Origin: an uncultured delta proteobacterium
GTDB lineage: Bacteria; Myxococcota; Myxococcia; Myxococcales; Myxococcaceae
DNA: 64,000 nt
Direction of reading: 5' to 3'
Assembly (NCBI GenBank): GCA_963796055.1
Contig: CAWCKH010000004.1
Coordinates: 1,568,001-1,632,000 of the forward strand
In this document: positions 9,894 to 19,227 of the stretch, in pieces
How the letters are laid out: each line of letters begins with the position of its first letter
Numbering within the stretch: the first letter of the stretch is position 1
Made by a program: the position numbers and the translations under genes
Notes under the pieces: generated by a model
The model's database searches: none
Told to the model about the DNA's origin: nothing
What the model saw: the letters and a program-made list of their open reading frames with translations, nothing else

Positions 9894-10969
9894 ATCTTCG
9901 CGGGATGGAGCTCGCGGACCTGTTCCGCGCGCTCGCACCGCTGGAGCCATCGCCGCTCGCGGTGCGGAAGCTCTTCGCCCGGGTGCATGCCCACGGCGCC
10001 GAGAGGCTGGAAGACCTGCGTGCAACGCCGCAGGTCAACCGCGCCCTTCGCGACGCGGTGCTCGCCCGCGCCCAGCTGCCGTCCCTCACCGTGGTGGAGC
10101 GGCGCCGCGCCGGGGATGGCTTCGTCAAGTACCTCTTCGAGTCTCCGCTCGGCGGCCGGGTGGAGGCGGTCCGCATCCCGCTCTTCGACACCAAGTACGT
10201 GGTCTGCGTCTCGAGTCAGGTGGGATGCGCGCTGGCCTGTGACTTCTGCGCCACCGGACGGATGGGCTTCCGGAGAAATCTGTCGACCTGGGAGATCCTC
10301 GACCAGGTCCGGCTGATCCGCGCCGAGGCCGACCGGCGCCTGTCGGGGGTGGTCTTCATGGGGATGGGCGAGCCGCTGCTCAACCCCAACGAGGTGCTCC
10401 GGGCGGCCCGCATCCTCTCCCACCCCGCCGGGTACGCCATCTCGGGCAAGGCCATCACCCTGTCCACCGCCGGCTGGGTCCCGGCCATCGACCGCTACCT
10501 GCGCGAGGGGCACCCTTACCGGCTGGCGTTCAGCGTGACCTCGGCCATTCCCGAGAAGCGGGCCCGCCTCATGCCCGTGGAGCGAACACATGCCCTGTCC
10601 GAGCTGGTCCGCGCCATCGCCGACTACGCGCGTGCGCGGCGCGAGCGGGCCATGGTGGCCTACGTGTGCATCCGGGGCGTCAACATGGGCCGGGAGGACG
10701 CCGAGGCGCTGCGAGACGCCTTCGCCGGGGTGCCGATCAAGCTCGACCTGATCGAGGTCACCGACCCGACCGGGCGCTATCAGCCGCCGGACGAGGCGGA
10801 GCTGGCGGACTTCCGGGACCAGCTGCAAATCCTCGGGGCCCCGGTCGTCCGCCGGTACTCCGGTGGGAAAGAGATCGGCGCCGCCTGCGGGACGCTCGAG
10901 GCCTCCTCGTACGGGGGGACGCTGATTCCCCCGCCGGCTCGCTTCCCCCAGGTCAGTCATCCCGGGTAG
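9890..10969 (+). CDS. RlmN/Cfr-like radical SAM RNA methyltransferase (divergent paralog)
   Basis: KYLF, VEAV, CVSSQVGCALACDFC (CX3CX2C), VFMGMGEP, EIGAACG; GTGA overlap with the anti-sigma stop. Confidence 0.88.
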   Translation: MNLRGMELADLFRALAPLEPSPLAVRKLFARVHAHGAERLEDLRATPQVNRALRDAVLARAQLPSLTVVERRRAGDGFVKYLFESPLGGRVEAVRIPLFDTKYVVCVSSQVGCALACDFCATGRMGFRRNLSTWEILDQVRLIRAEADRRLSGVVFMGMGEPLLNPNEVLRAARILSHPAGYAISGKAITLSTAGWVPAIDRYLREGHPYRLAFSVTSAIPEKRARLMPVERTHALSELVRAIADYARARRERAMVAYVCIRGVNMGREDAEALRDAFAGVPIKLDLIEVTDPTGRYQPPDEAELADFRDQLQILGAPVVRRYSGGKEIGAACGTLEASSYGGTLIPPPARFPQVSHPG

Positions 10970-11099
10970 AAAGCGACCCCGTGACCGGGGACGACACCGG
11001 GCCTGATCTTCTACACTTCCAACTTCCCAGGACGGATGGCAGAGTCCCCCGACCAATATAGCCATTCTTCGCCGGTCCTAGCCGACCCAGGGGCCATCG

Positions 11100-12392
11100 A
11101 TGTCGCAGCAGCGCAAGGCCACGCGTGCCGCGCCGCCATCAGAAAATTCCCATCCCAGTCCAGATCAGCGGACTCCGCGCCCTTCCTCTCGTCCGCTCCC
11201 CGAACGCACCGCTCCGGCCATCACCCGGGAAGCCCCGTGGTTCGCGTTCAACGCCTCCACCGCCCCGCTGAATCCGGACGGTCCGCCGTTCGGTCCCAAC
11301 CGCTTTCTGCTCGGCGCCAACGTGCCCTGGGTGCACTACGGGGTCGACGTCGGGGCGTCGGCGTGGCGGCCGGAGGGCGGGCTGCACGCGCACGCCGAGG
11401 ACGCGGCGCTGCTCCGGCAGGTCTTCGAGCGGCTCCGCGCGGACGGCGTGCAGACCGCGCGCTTCTTCCTCCTCGCCGACGGGCGCGCCGGCGTGCGCTT
11501 CGCCGAGGACGGCACACCCGAGGCGCTCGACGGCTCCGTCCTCGCCGACATCGACGTGGTGCTCGACGCGGCCCGGACCGCGGGCATCGGGCTGGTGCTG
11601 GTGCTGCTGGACGCAGGCTGGTTCGCCCCGCCGAGCGTGGTCGACGGTCAGCCGGTGCGTGGCCACGCCGACACCGTCCGTGACCCGGTGAAGCGCAGCG
11701 CGCTGCTCGAGCGGGTGCTGCGCCCCATCCTGATCCGCTACGCCGATCATCCAGCCGTCGTGGCCTGGGAGCTCCTGAGCAGCGCCGACCTCTTCGTCGC
11801 CGGCGTCGGTCCGACCGCGCCCGAGCGGCGCGGGCTGGGGGCCGCCCTCCGCTGGTGGCTGGGGCTCGACGCCGCTCCGGTGGAGGCCACCTCCCAGGTC
11901 GCCTCCGAGGAGATGCGGACCTTCCTCTGCGAGGCGGTGACCCTGGTGCGCCGGCACACCCGGGCGCTGGCCACGGTGAGCGTCTCGCGCTGGAGCAGCC
12001 TGCCGCTGGTGCGGGGGGTGGGGCTCGACGTGTACAGCGTGGGCTGGCCCGCGGACGGGGACGAGCTGCGGCGGGCGGTGTCCGACCTGCGCCTCGACCG
12101 GCCGCTGCTCCTGAATTCCTTCCCCGGCAGCCACCCGCAGCGGAGCATCAAGACGATGCTCGACACGGCGCGCTGCGCCGGTTACGGCGGCGCGTTCGTC
12201 TGGTCGGTGCTCCGGCACGACGCTGCCTCGGGCTACGACGGCCAGGTGCCGCAGTGGGCGCGGAACCACGCCGGCCAGCTGTACGTGCGCGACGTGCCCG
12301 GTCCCGCCCAGGTTCCGGACGCTCCTTCCCGGCCAGGCGAGCAGACCGCGGAGGACGCCCCGGCGGCCCCGCCGCTCGTGCTCCGTCGCTGA
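11100..12392 (+). CDS. Clan GH-A (GH5-like) TIM-barrel protein, apparently catalytically inactive
   Basis: GANVPWVHYGVDVG, RFFLLADGRAG, YADHPAVVAWEL, GYGGAFVWS. NEP is replaced by SSA and GEF by NSF. Start is uncertain. Confidence 0.7.
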   Translation: MSQQRKATRAAPPSENSHPSPDQRTPRPSSRPLPERTAPAITREAPWFAFNASTAPLNPDGPPFGPNRFLLGANVPWVHYGVDVGASAWRPEGGLHAHAEDAALLRQVFERLRADGVQTARFFLLADGRAGVRFAEDGTPEALDGSVLADIDVVLDAARTAGIGLVLVLLDAGWFAPPSVVDGQPVRGHADTVRDPVKRSALLERVLRPILIRYADHPAVVAWELLSSADLFVAGVGPTAPERRGLGAALRWWLGLDAAPVEATSQVASEEMRTFLCEAVTLVRRHTRALATVSVSRWSSLPLVRGVGLDVYSVGWPADGDELRRAVSDLRLDRPLLLNSFPGSHPQRSIKTMLDTARCAGYGGAFVWSVLRHDAASGYDGQVPQWARNHAGQLYVRDVPGPAQVPDAPSRPGEQTAEDAPAAPPLVLRR

Positions 12393-12472
12393 GCACGGAC
12401 GTGCGGCGCTCCTGCGCCGCTCCGCAGGCGTCCCCCTGGTGCGGAGGGCTGAGCCTGGACGTGCGGCGCCCC
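12388..12472. repeat. Two 25-bp imperfect direct repeats (60-bp period) around a small hairpin
   Basis: GCTGAGCACGGACGTGCGGCGCTCC (12388-12412) vs GCTGAGCCTGGACGTGCGGCGCCCC (12448-12472), 22/25 identical; ctccgca/tgcggag stem between them. Confidence 0.55.
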
Positions 12473-15400
12473 TAGGACTCGGCGCTGTCCAGCCACAGCT
12501 CGTCGAAGCGGACCTGGGGCGGCGTGGAGTGCAGCCGTAGCCCCTGCACCCGCGGGCTCGCCGCGGCGTAGATGCGCTCGTGGTACAGGGGGATCACCGG
12601 GCACTCCTGCATCACGATGCGCTCCGCCGAGCGGTAGAGCGACATCCGCAGCTCGGGATCGATGCTCACCCGCGCCTCGGTGGTCAGCCGGTCCAGCTCG
12701 GCGCTCCGGAAGCCCAGGCCGAACACCGTCTGCGCCCCCGAGTGCAGCAGGAAGTGGAGGAAGTTGTCGGCGTCCGGGTAGTCGGCGATCCACCCGGCAC
12801 GAAACGCCGGCAACCGCCCGTCGCGCGCCCGCTGCCAGAAGTCGGTGGGGTCGATCTCGATGTGCGAGATCTCGACCAGCCCCGCCTCGATCAGCGGCCG
12901 GAACAGCACCGCGTCCTCGGCCTCGGTGTTGCGGCCCGGCGGGTAGGCCAGTTCGAGGCGGAGCCGTCCGATGCCCGAGTCGCGCAGCAGCTCTCTGGCC
13001 AGCGCCACGTTGGTCCGCGGCGGGGGCGGGAGCTCGCCGGTGAGCAGCGCGGGAGGGGTGAGGGTGGAGGCCACCCGCGCGCCCGGGTGGAACCGCTCCA
13101 CCATCCCCGCCACGTCGAGGCCAGCGCGGACGCCGAGCCGCACCCGCACGTCGTCGAACGGCGCGGTGTGCACCTGGAAGCCCATGAACCAGCATGAGGG
13201 CTGGCTCCCGGCGATGACCTGCTGGGGATCCACCCCCGCATCCCGCACGTGCTCGGCGTACAGCCCCGAGACCACGTCCAGCTCGCCGGCGCGCAGCCGC
13301 TCCAGCGCGGTCTTGCGGTCCGGATGGAACACGAACTCCAGCCGGTCCACGAACGGCCGCTCCGGCCGGAAGTACGACGGGTGCCGCTCGAGCACCACCC
13401 CGCCGGCGGCGATGGTCACCGGCCGGTAGGGTCCCGCACCGAGGAACTTTCCCCCCGGGCTCATCCGGGTCACCAGGGTCGCCGGCAAGGTGACCAGGTG
13501 CAGGAAGAACGCCTTGGGCTCCTCGAGGCGGATCTCCAGGGTGGTGTCGTCGAGCACCTCGAATCCCGAGACCTCGCCGCTCCGGCCGGAGAGGTAGTCG
13601 CGGGCGCCCTCCACCTCCTTGAAGATCCACTGGTCGGGCGAATCTACCTTCGGGTCGAGCAGCCGCTCGAAGTGGCGCTTGACGTCCGAGGCCCGGAGCG
13701 GAACGCCGTCGTGGAAGGTCAGCCCAGGCCGGAGGAAGAACCGGTAGCTGCGCGCGCCCGGGGCAGCCTCCCAGCGCTCGGCCAGCTCGGGGACCATCAC
13801 CCCGTCCTCCTGGCGCAGGAGCCCCGCGTACATGCTCGCGCCAATCTCCACCATCTGGTTGTCCAGGGTGAAGAGCGGATCCAGTCCCCGCGTCGACTCG
13901 AACATCGCCGACTGGTGGATGCCCACCCGGAGCGTGCCGCCGCGGCGCGGCTCGGGGAGCCGGAAGCGGAAGACCTCGGCCTGGAGGCTGGCCGCCTCGC
14001 GCGACAGCTGCTCCACGCTGCGGCTCAGCCCGTCGCCGATCCGGAGAACGGTCTGGGCGTCGGCGCGGACCTGGGCCACGTCCTCGGAGATGGCGGCGTC
14101 GCCGCGGGTCAGGACCGCGTGCGCGGAGCGGATCTCCTCCAGCGCATCGGTCAGCCGCCGCACCGCATCGCTCAGCGCCCGGCCGGTCCGCGCCTGGCCC
14201 TCGGCCTTGGCCGAGGCGCCCTGCGCCAGCCGGGCCATCTCCTGGGTCTGACGGACCAGCTCCCGGCCGGCCTCGGCCTGCTCCACCGAGGCGCGGGTGA
14301 GCTCGACGATGCGGTTGGCCACCCGGGTGGAGGCCTGCACCACGTGCGAGCCCTGGGCCTCCAGGCGCACCGTCTCGGCCACGGTGGCCTCGACCGCGGC
14401 GAACGTCCGCTGGGTGGTGGCGCGGATCTCCTTGAGCGCCGAGGCCGCCCGGTCGCCGAGGGCCACGCCGGCGGTGGCGCGCTCCCGCCCCTCCTGCACG
14501 TGGGTGACGGCCGCGTCCACCTGGCCGCGGGTCTGCCGGACGATGGCGGCGATCTCCCGGGTGCTGCGCGCGGTGCGCTCGGCGAGCGAGCGGATCTCCT
14601 CCGCCACCACCCCGAAGGCCAGCCCCTGCTCGCCGGCCTGGGCGGCGATGATCGCCGCATTGAGCGACAGGAGGTTGGTCTGGTCGGCGACCTCCTGGAT
14701 GACGTCGACGATGCGGCCGATCTCCTGGCTGCGGTGGCCCAGCGCCTCGACGATCTCCGCCGCGCGGCGGATCGACTCCTCCACCCGGTACATGCCCTGC
14801 ACCGAGTCGTTCACCAGCGCCTCGCCCCGCTCGGCGGTGGTGGTCACCACCCGGGCGAGGTCACCGGTCTCGCCGGCGCGCCGGCGCACGGCGTCGATCC
14901 CCTCCTCCACCGAGGTGACGAAGGCCGCAGCCTCGCCGGCGAAGCGGGCCAGCACGTCGCCGCTGCTGGCCACCGCCGAGAGCCCCTCGCTCATGATCTG
15001 CACCCGCTCGGTGGTGCGGAGCGCGAAGCCGTCCAGCGTCCCGAGCGCCGAGGCCACCTGCTCGATGCGCGCGGTCATCTCCCCCAGCGCGGCGGTGGTC
15101 TCCTCGGCGAAGGCGGCCACCTGGGTCAGCCGCTCGCCCGCGACCTGGAGTGAGCTGCCCATCCCCCGCACCGAGCCCAGCGAACGGTCCACCGCCGCGC
15201 CCTGGCGGCGCGCCGCCTCGAGCAACGCCTGCGACTGCTCGCCCACGCCCTTGCCGGTGCGCTGGATGTTCCCCGTCACCCGCTGCACCTGGAAGAGCGC
15301 GCGCCGCAGGGAAAGGATCAGCCGCCGCACGTCCTCCTGGCTCTCGCCGGCAGACACCTGGGTGGCGAGGTTCCCGCTGGCCAGCTGGGCGATGATCCGC

Positions 15401-15609
15401 GCCCGGGCCTGCTGCCGCGAACGCGCCCAGCGGAGCCAGGTGAGCCAGCCGCCGACGGTGAAGCCGATGACGTTGATCGCCACCACCACCGGGTAGAGCA
15501 CCAGCCGGAGGTGGCCGGGGTCGAGCGCGTCCAGCAGCGCCGCGGTGAGCAGTCCGGAGGCGATCCCGCCCAGCAGCCCGAAGACGAAGAGAAAGCGCTT
15601 GCCGCCCAT
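12472..15609 (-). CDS. Methyl-accepting chemotaxis protein fused to a C-terminal family-5 (DppA/OppA-like) solute-binding domain
   Basis: Two N-terminal TMs; MCP tip IQEVADQTNLLSLNAAIIAAQAGEQGLAFGVVAEEIRSLAERT; then GGTLRVGI, LDP, PELAERW, LRPGLTFHDG, GAGPY, PFDDVRVR, GWIADYPDADNFL, PVIPLYH. Start could be as far up as ~15696. Confidence 0.9.
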   Translation of the reverse strand: MGGKRFLFVFGLLGGIASGLLTAALLDALDPGHLRLVLYPVVVAINVIGFTVGGWLTWLRWARSRQQARARIIAQLASGNLATQVSAGESQEDVRRLILSLRRALFQVQRVTGNIQRTGKGVGEQSQALLEAARRQGAAVDRSLGSVRGMGSSLQVAGERLTQVAAFAEETTAALGEMTARIEQVASALGTLDGFALRTTERVQIMSEGLSAVASSGDVLARFAGEAAAFVTSVEEGIDAVRRRAGETGDLARVVTTTAERGEALVNDSVQGMYRVEESIRRAAEIVEALGHRSQEIGRIVDVIQEVADQTNLLSLNAAIIAAQAGEQGLAFGVVAEEIRSLAERTARSTREIAAIVRQTRGQVDAAVTHVQEGRERATAGVALGDRAASALKEIRATTQRTFAAVEATVAETVRLEAQGSHVVQASTRVANRIVELTRASVEQAEAGRELVRQTQEMARLAQGASAKAEGQARTGRALSDAVRRLTDALEEIRSAHAVLTRGDAAISEDVAQVRADAQTVLRIGDGLSRSVEQLSREAASLQAEVFRFRLPEPRRGGTLRVGIHQSAMFESTRGLDPLFTLDNQMVEIGASMYAGLLRQEDGVMVPELAERWEAAPGARSYRFFLRPGLTFHDGVPLRASDVKRHFERLLDPKVDSPDQWIFKEVEGARDYLSGRSGEVSGFEVLDDTTLEIRLEEPKAFFLHLVTLPATLVTRMSPGGKFLGAGPYRPVTIAAGGVVLERHPSYFRPERPFVDRLEFVFHPDRKTALERLRAGELDVVSGLYAEHVRDAGVDPQQVIAGSQPSCWFMGFQVHTAPFDDVRVRLGVRAGLDVAGMVERFHPGARVASTLTPPALLTGELPPPPRTNVALARELLRDSGIGRLRLELAYPPGRNTEAEDAVLFRPLIEAGLVEISHIEIDPTDFWQRARDGRLPAFRAGWIADYPDADNFLHFLLHSGAQTVFGLGFRSAELDRLTTEARVSIDPELRMSLYRSAERIVMQECPVIPLYHERIYAAASPRVQGLRLHSTPPQVRFDELWLDSAES

Positions 15610-15704
15610 CCGACTCGAGGATTGCAGCCTGGCGGCGGGCGCCTGGCTCACCCCTTCACGAGTCGATGTGGCACGCCCGAGGGGAACGTCGGTCACGGTG
15701 GCGC

Positions 15705-16739
15705 CTAGGCACCTGCGAAGGGGATGAGCGAGACCTTCACCCCGCTGGTCACCCCGAGCAGCTCCTTGGTCTCGCCCGGGAGGTAGACGACCTGGTCGTC
15801 GATCCGCACCTGGCTCCGGACCGCGCGGAAGCGGTTCCGGCCGGACTCGCGCTCCACCCCCACCAGCATGTCCTCGGCCACCTCGAGCGCCAGGTCCTCC
15901 GGAGCCACCCGCGCGGTGCGGAACTTGCGGACCAGGCTCACCTCCGAGGTCCTGGCCTCGAAGTGTGGGCCGCCGTCGAACGGGTCCACCCGCTCGACGT
16001 AGCGGAAGCCGATACGTTCCAGCATCCGCTGCACCCCTTGTGTCTGCGGGCCGACCTGGCCCAGCACCTTCTGCGCCCGCTCGGGGAAGAGGGTCACGAA
16101 GATGTCCGAGGAGGGGAACAGCTCCTTGATGAACTCCTTGTTCTGCCGGCTGAGCTTGTCTGCCTCGGAGTAGGTGAGCCCGGTGAACTTCTTGCCCACG
16201 CACTCCCAGAGCAAGCTCCGGCCGTCGGGCATCAGCGGCGGCATCAGCTCGGCCAGCACGCGGTCGCGGAAGCTGTGCCGGTGCATCGCGAGATACAGGA
16301 AGCGCACGTAGCTGAGCTGCTTGCCCGGCTTCTCCGGGCCGCCTTGGTGCCCGGGCTCCACCACCAGGCCGCCGATCTCGGTGGGCCCCTCATAGTTGTA
16401 GGCGATGGAGAGGACCTTGTGGCGGAAGTGCCGGTCGATGCTCGCCGAGTAGTGCTCGCGCTCGCTGACCTCGTAATAGATGTGCGGCGCGTCGTAGGTC
16501 CCGTGCTGGGCGATGACCATGCTGGTGCCGATGACGGCGCCGATGCGCGGGTCCTCGAGGACAAAGAGGTACTCGCGCTCGAAGGGGTCCTTCAGCTTCC
16601 CGGCGAAGCTCCGCACCGACACGTCGATCAGCTTCTCCAGTGTCTCCTCGTCGTTGGGGAGGTTGACGGTGTTGAGCACCGCCGCCAGGCGCTTGAGGTG
16701 GGGCAGATCGCCCTTCTGGACGTCGCGAAGCAGCAGCAT
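15705..16739 (-). CDS. astA: Arginine N-succinyltransferase
   Basis: NLPND..L, YLFVLED, TEIGGL, GKQLS..RFLY, VLAEL, W...G.KF, ELFP..I, VDPFDGGP. Confidence 0.9.
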   Translation of the reverse strand: MLLLRDVQKGDLPHLKRLAAVLNTVNLPNDEETLEKLIDVSVRSFAGKLKDPFEREYLFVLEDPRIGAVIGTSMVIAQHGTYDAPHIYYEVSEREHYSASIDRHFRHKVLSIAYNYEGPTEIGGLVVEPGHQGGPEKPGKQLSYVRFLYLAMHRHSFRDRVLAELMPPLMPDGRSLLWECVGKKFTGLTYSEADKLSRQNKEFIKELFPSSDIFVTLFPERAQKVLGQVGPQTQGVQRMLERIGFRYVERVDPFDGGPHFEARTSEVSLVRKFRTARVAPEDLALEVAEDMLVGVERESGRNRFRAVRSQVRIDDQVVYLPGETKELLGVTSGVKVSLIPFAGA

Positions 16740-16856
16740 CGGGGGAGTTCCCCTGTACCACAGCCCGTGGAGGCCACCGCCAGCCTGCCCCTCGACCGTG
16801 GAGGGACGCCCGGCCGGCCGGTGGCAGATCCATGGCGCCCGCGCAGCCCGATGCCC

Positions 16857-16882
16857 GGAACCCGCGGCCGACGCGCTAGTCT
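16857..16882 (+). promoter_or_regulatory. Putative ECF-type promoter GGAACC-N16-GTCT upstream of the FMO cluster
   Basis: GGAACC 16857-16862 and GTCT 16879-16882, 33 bp before the FMO ATG. Confidence 0.35.
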
Positions 16883-16915
16883 GTATCCGCCCAGCGGAGG
16901 GGCAGGGGGAGCATC

Positions 16916-18268
16916 ATGGCGAGCATCGGTCGGGCATGCGTGGTGGGGGCGGGACCCGCCGGACTCTCGCTGGCGCGGGCGCTCCTCGCGCAGGGCGTGC
17001 CGTTCGACGTCTACGAGCGGCACCGGGACGTGGGAGGCCTCTGGGACCAGAACAATCCCGGCTCACCGGTCTACGACTCGGCGCACTTCATCTCCTCGAA
17101 GACCCAGTCGCACTTCCACGACTTCCCGATGCCCGAGGGTTACCCGGACTACCCCTCCCATGCGCAGGTCCTGGCGTACATGCGCGCGTTCGCCGACGCC
17201 TACGGGCTTCGCCAGCACATCCGGTTCGACACCGGCGTGACCTCCGCCGTTCCCGAGGGCGCGGGCTGGCGGGTGACGCTGTCCAGCGGCGAGGTCCGCT
17301 CGTACGCCTCGCTGGTCTGCGCCAACGGCACCAACTGGCACGCCACGATGCCCAGCTATCCAGGCGTCTTCGCCGGCGAGATGCGCCACACGCAGACCTA
17401 CCGGTCGGCGGAGGAGCTCCGGGGCAAGCGGGTGCTGATCATCGGTGCCGGAAACTCCGGGGCCGACATCGCCTGCGACGCCGCGCGAACCTCGGCGAAG
17501 GCGTTCCTCAGCGTGCGTCGCGGCTACCACTTCATCCCCAAGCACATCTTCGGCAAGCCGGCGGACGTCTTCGCCGAGGAGTCACCGAAGATGCCGAAGT
17601 GGCTCCAGCAGCGCGTGTTCGGCGCCCTGCTTCGGCTGCTGAACGGCGACGTCCGGCGGCTCGGGCTCCCGAAGCCGGACCACCGCATCTTCGAGACGCA
17701 CCCGATCCTGAACACGCAGGTCTTGCACTACCTCGCCCACGGAGATCTGAAGGCGATGCCGGATGTCGAGCGGTTCGCGGGGAGGACCGTGCACTTCAAG
17801 AACGGGGCGACCGAGGAGATCGACCTGGTGCTGTGCGCCACCGGCTACGACTGGAGCATCCCGTACGTCCCCGCGGAGGCGTTCCGGTGGAAGGGACAGC
17901 GGCCGGACCTCTACCTGGCCCTCTTCAGCCGCGAGAACCCGCGGCTCTACGTGATGGGCTACCTGGAGACGAACAGCGGCGCGTACCGGTTCTTCGATGA
18001 CATGGCCGATCTCCTCGCCCGCGCCATCGTCGCGCGCGCCGAGGGCGGAGCGGCCGGACGGGCGGTGGACGCGCTCGTCAGCACCGACCAGCCGGACCTG
18101 ACCGGGGGCATTCACTTCATCGCCACGGACCGGCATGCGACCTACGTCGACGGGAATACCTACCGGAAGCACCTCAGGCGGGTGCGCCGGAGGCTGGGAT
18201 GGCCGGAGCTGAGCCCGGGTTGCTACGACCGGCTTCGCTCGAGGCAGGGAGCCGACGCGGCCGCCTGA
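16916..18268 (+). CDS. Flavin-containing monooxygenase (FMO family)
   Basis: GAGPAG, GGLW, FAGEMRHTQTY (FxGxxxHxxxY), GAGNSG, ATGY. Confidence 0.92.
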   Translation: MASIGRACVVGAGPAGLSLARALLAQGVPFDVYERHRDVGGLWDQNNPGSPVYDSAHFISSKTQSHFHDFPMPEGYPDYPSHAQVLAYMRAFADAYGLRQHIRFDTGVTSAVPEGAGWRVTLSSGEVRSYASLVCANGTNWHATMPSYPGVFAGEMRHTQTYRSAEELRGKRVLIIGAGNSGADIACDAARTSAKAFLSVRRGYHFIPKHIFGKPADVFAEESPKMPKWLQQRVFGALLRLLNGDVRRLGLPKPDHRIFETHPILNTQVLHYLAHGDLKAMPDVERFAGRTVHFKNGATEEIDLVLCATGYDWSIPYVPAEAFRWKGQRPDLYLALFSRENPRLYVMGYLETNSGAYRFFDDMADLLARAIVARAEGGAAGRAVDALVSTDQPDLTGGIHFIATDRHATYVDGNTYRKHLRRVRRRLGWPELSPGCYDRLRSRQGADAAA

Positions 18269-18290
18269 GGGTGGTGGAGTGCCTCCTGCC

Positions 18291-19187
18291 ATGCCCGCTC
18301 TCCCGCTGCTCCTCGTCGACGCGTTCACCGATCGCCCGTTCGCCGGGAACGCCTGCTCGGTGGTCCTCGATGCGGGTGGTCTGTCCCGTGAGCTGATGCA
18401 GGCCATCGCCCGGGAGATGAACCAGAGCGAGACCGCGTTCGTCCTGGGTGGGAGTGGCACCCGCTTCGACGTCCGCTACTACACCCCCGGCGAGGAGATC
18501 CCGCTGGCGGGTCATCCGACCATCGCCACCACCGCGGCGCTCGCCGATGCAAGGAGGCTGGTGGCCACCGGGCGGCGGACGGAGGTCACCTTCGTGCTCC
18601 GGGACGGGCCGATCGCGATCGCCTACGAGCGGCCGGCGACCGGGCCGGCGCGGGTGGTGATGACCCAGCGCCCGCCCGAGTTCCGGCAGGTGCTCGACCG
18701 GGCCGCCACCGCGGGCATCGTCGGGCTCGGACCGTCGGACCTCCGCACCGACGCGCCCGTCCAGGTGGTCAGCACCGGGACCCCGCAGCTGATGATCCCG
18801 GTCGCCACGATGGACGCCCTCCGGCGGGCGCGGATCGACGTCCCGCGGTACGTGGCCCTTCGAGAGCAGGAGAAGTTCTTCAGCGTGCACCTGTTCGTGG
18901 TCGAGGGCGTGACGCCGCGCGGCCGCACCTTCGCCCGGCACTTCGGGGTTCCGCCGGACCACACCGAGGACCCCGTCACCGGCTCGGCCACGGGCGGAAT
19001 GGGCGCGTACCTGTTCCACCACCGGCTGGTCCGCGAGCACGACTTCGTCGCCGAGCAGGGGCACTGGATGGGGCGGCCGGGGATGGTCGACGTTCACCTG
19101 GACGGGACGCCCGAGGATGTCCGCTCGGTCTCGGTCGGTGGGCCCGCGGTGGTGGTCGCGCGGGGCACGCTCGAGGTCCCCGGGTGA
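18291..19187 (+). CDS. PhzF/PhzC family isomerase
   Basis: VDAFTDRPFAGN, MQAIAREMNQSETAF, EIPLAGHPT, STG, EDPVTGSA, EQG..MGRP. Confidence 0.92.
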   Translation: MPALPLLLVDAFTDRPFAGNACSVVLDAGGLSRELMQAIAREMNQSETAFVLGGSGTRFDVRYYTPGEEIPLAGHPTIATTAALADARRLVATGRRTEVTFVLRDGPIAIAYERPATGPARVVMTQRPPEFRQVLDRAATAGIVGLGPSDLRTDAPVQVVSTGTPQLMIPVATMDALRRARIDVPRYVALREQEKFFSVHLFVVEGVTPRGRTFARHFGVPPDHTEDPVTGSATGGMGAYLFHHRLVREHDFVAEQGHWMGRPGMVDVHLDGTPEDVRSVSVGGPAVVVARGTLEVPG

Positions 19188-19227
19188 GGGTGGAGGTCGG
19201 TGTCGCGCGGTGCCAGAGTGCAGCTCG

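Noticed and set aside
10970..11099. Lower-GC leader upstream of the GH5-like gene as a riboswitch
   Set aside because: I could not identify a known aptamer consensus or a convincing structure by eye.
12388..12472. Mini CRISPR array (25-bp repeat, 35-bp spacer)
   Set aside because: Only two degenerate repeats, no AT-rich leader, no cas genes.
18291..19187. Phenazine biosynthesis cluster
   Set aside because: A lone PhzF-family gene with no phzA/B/D/E/G.
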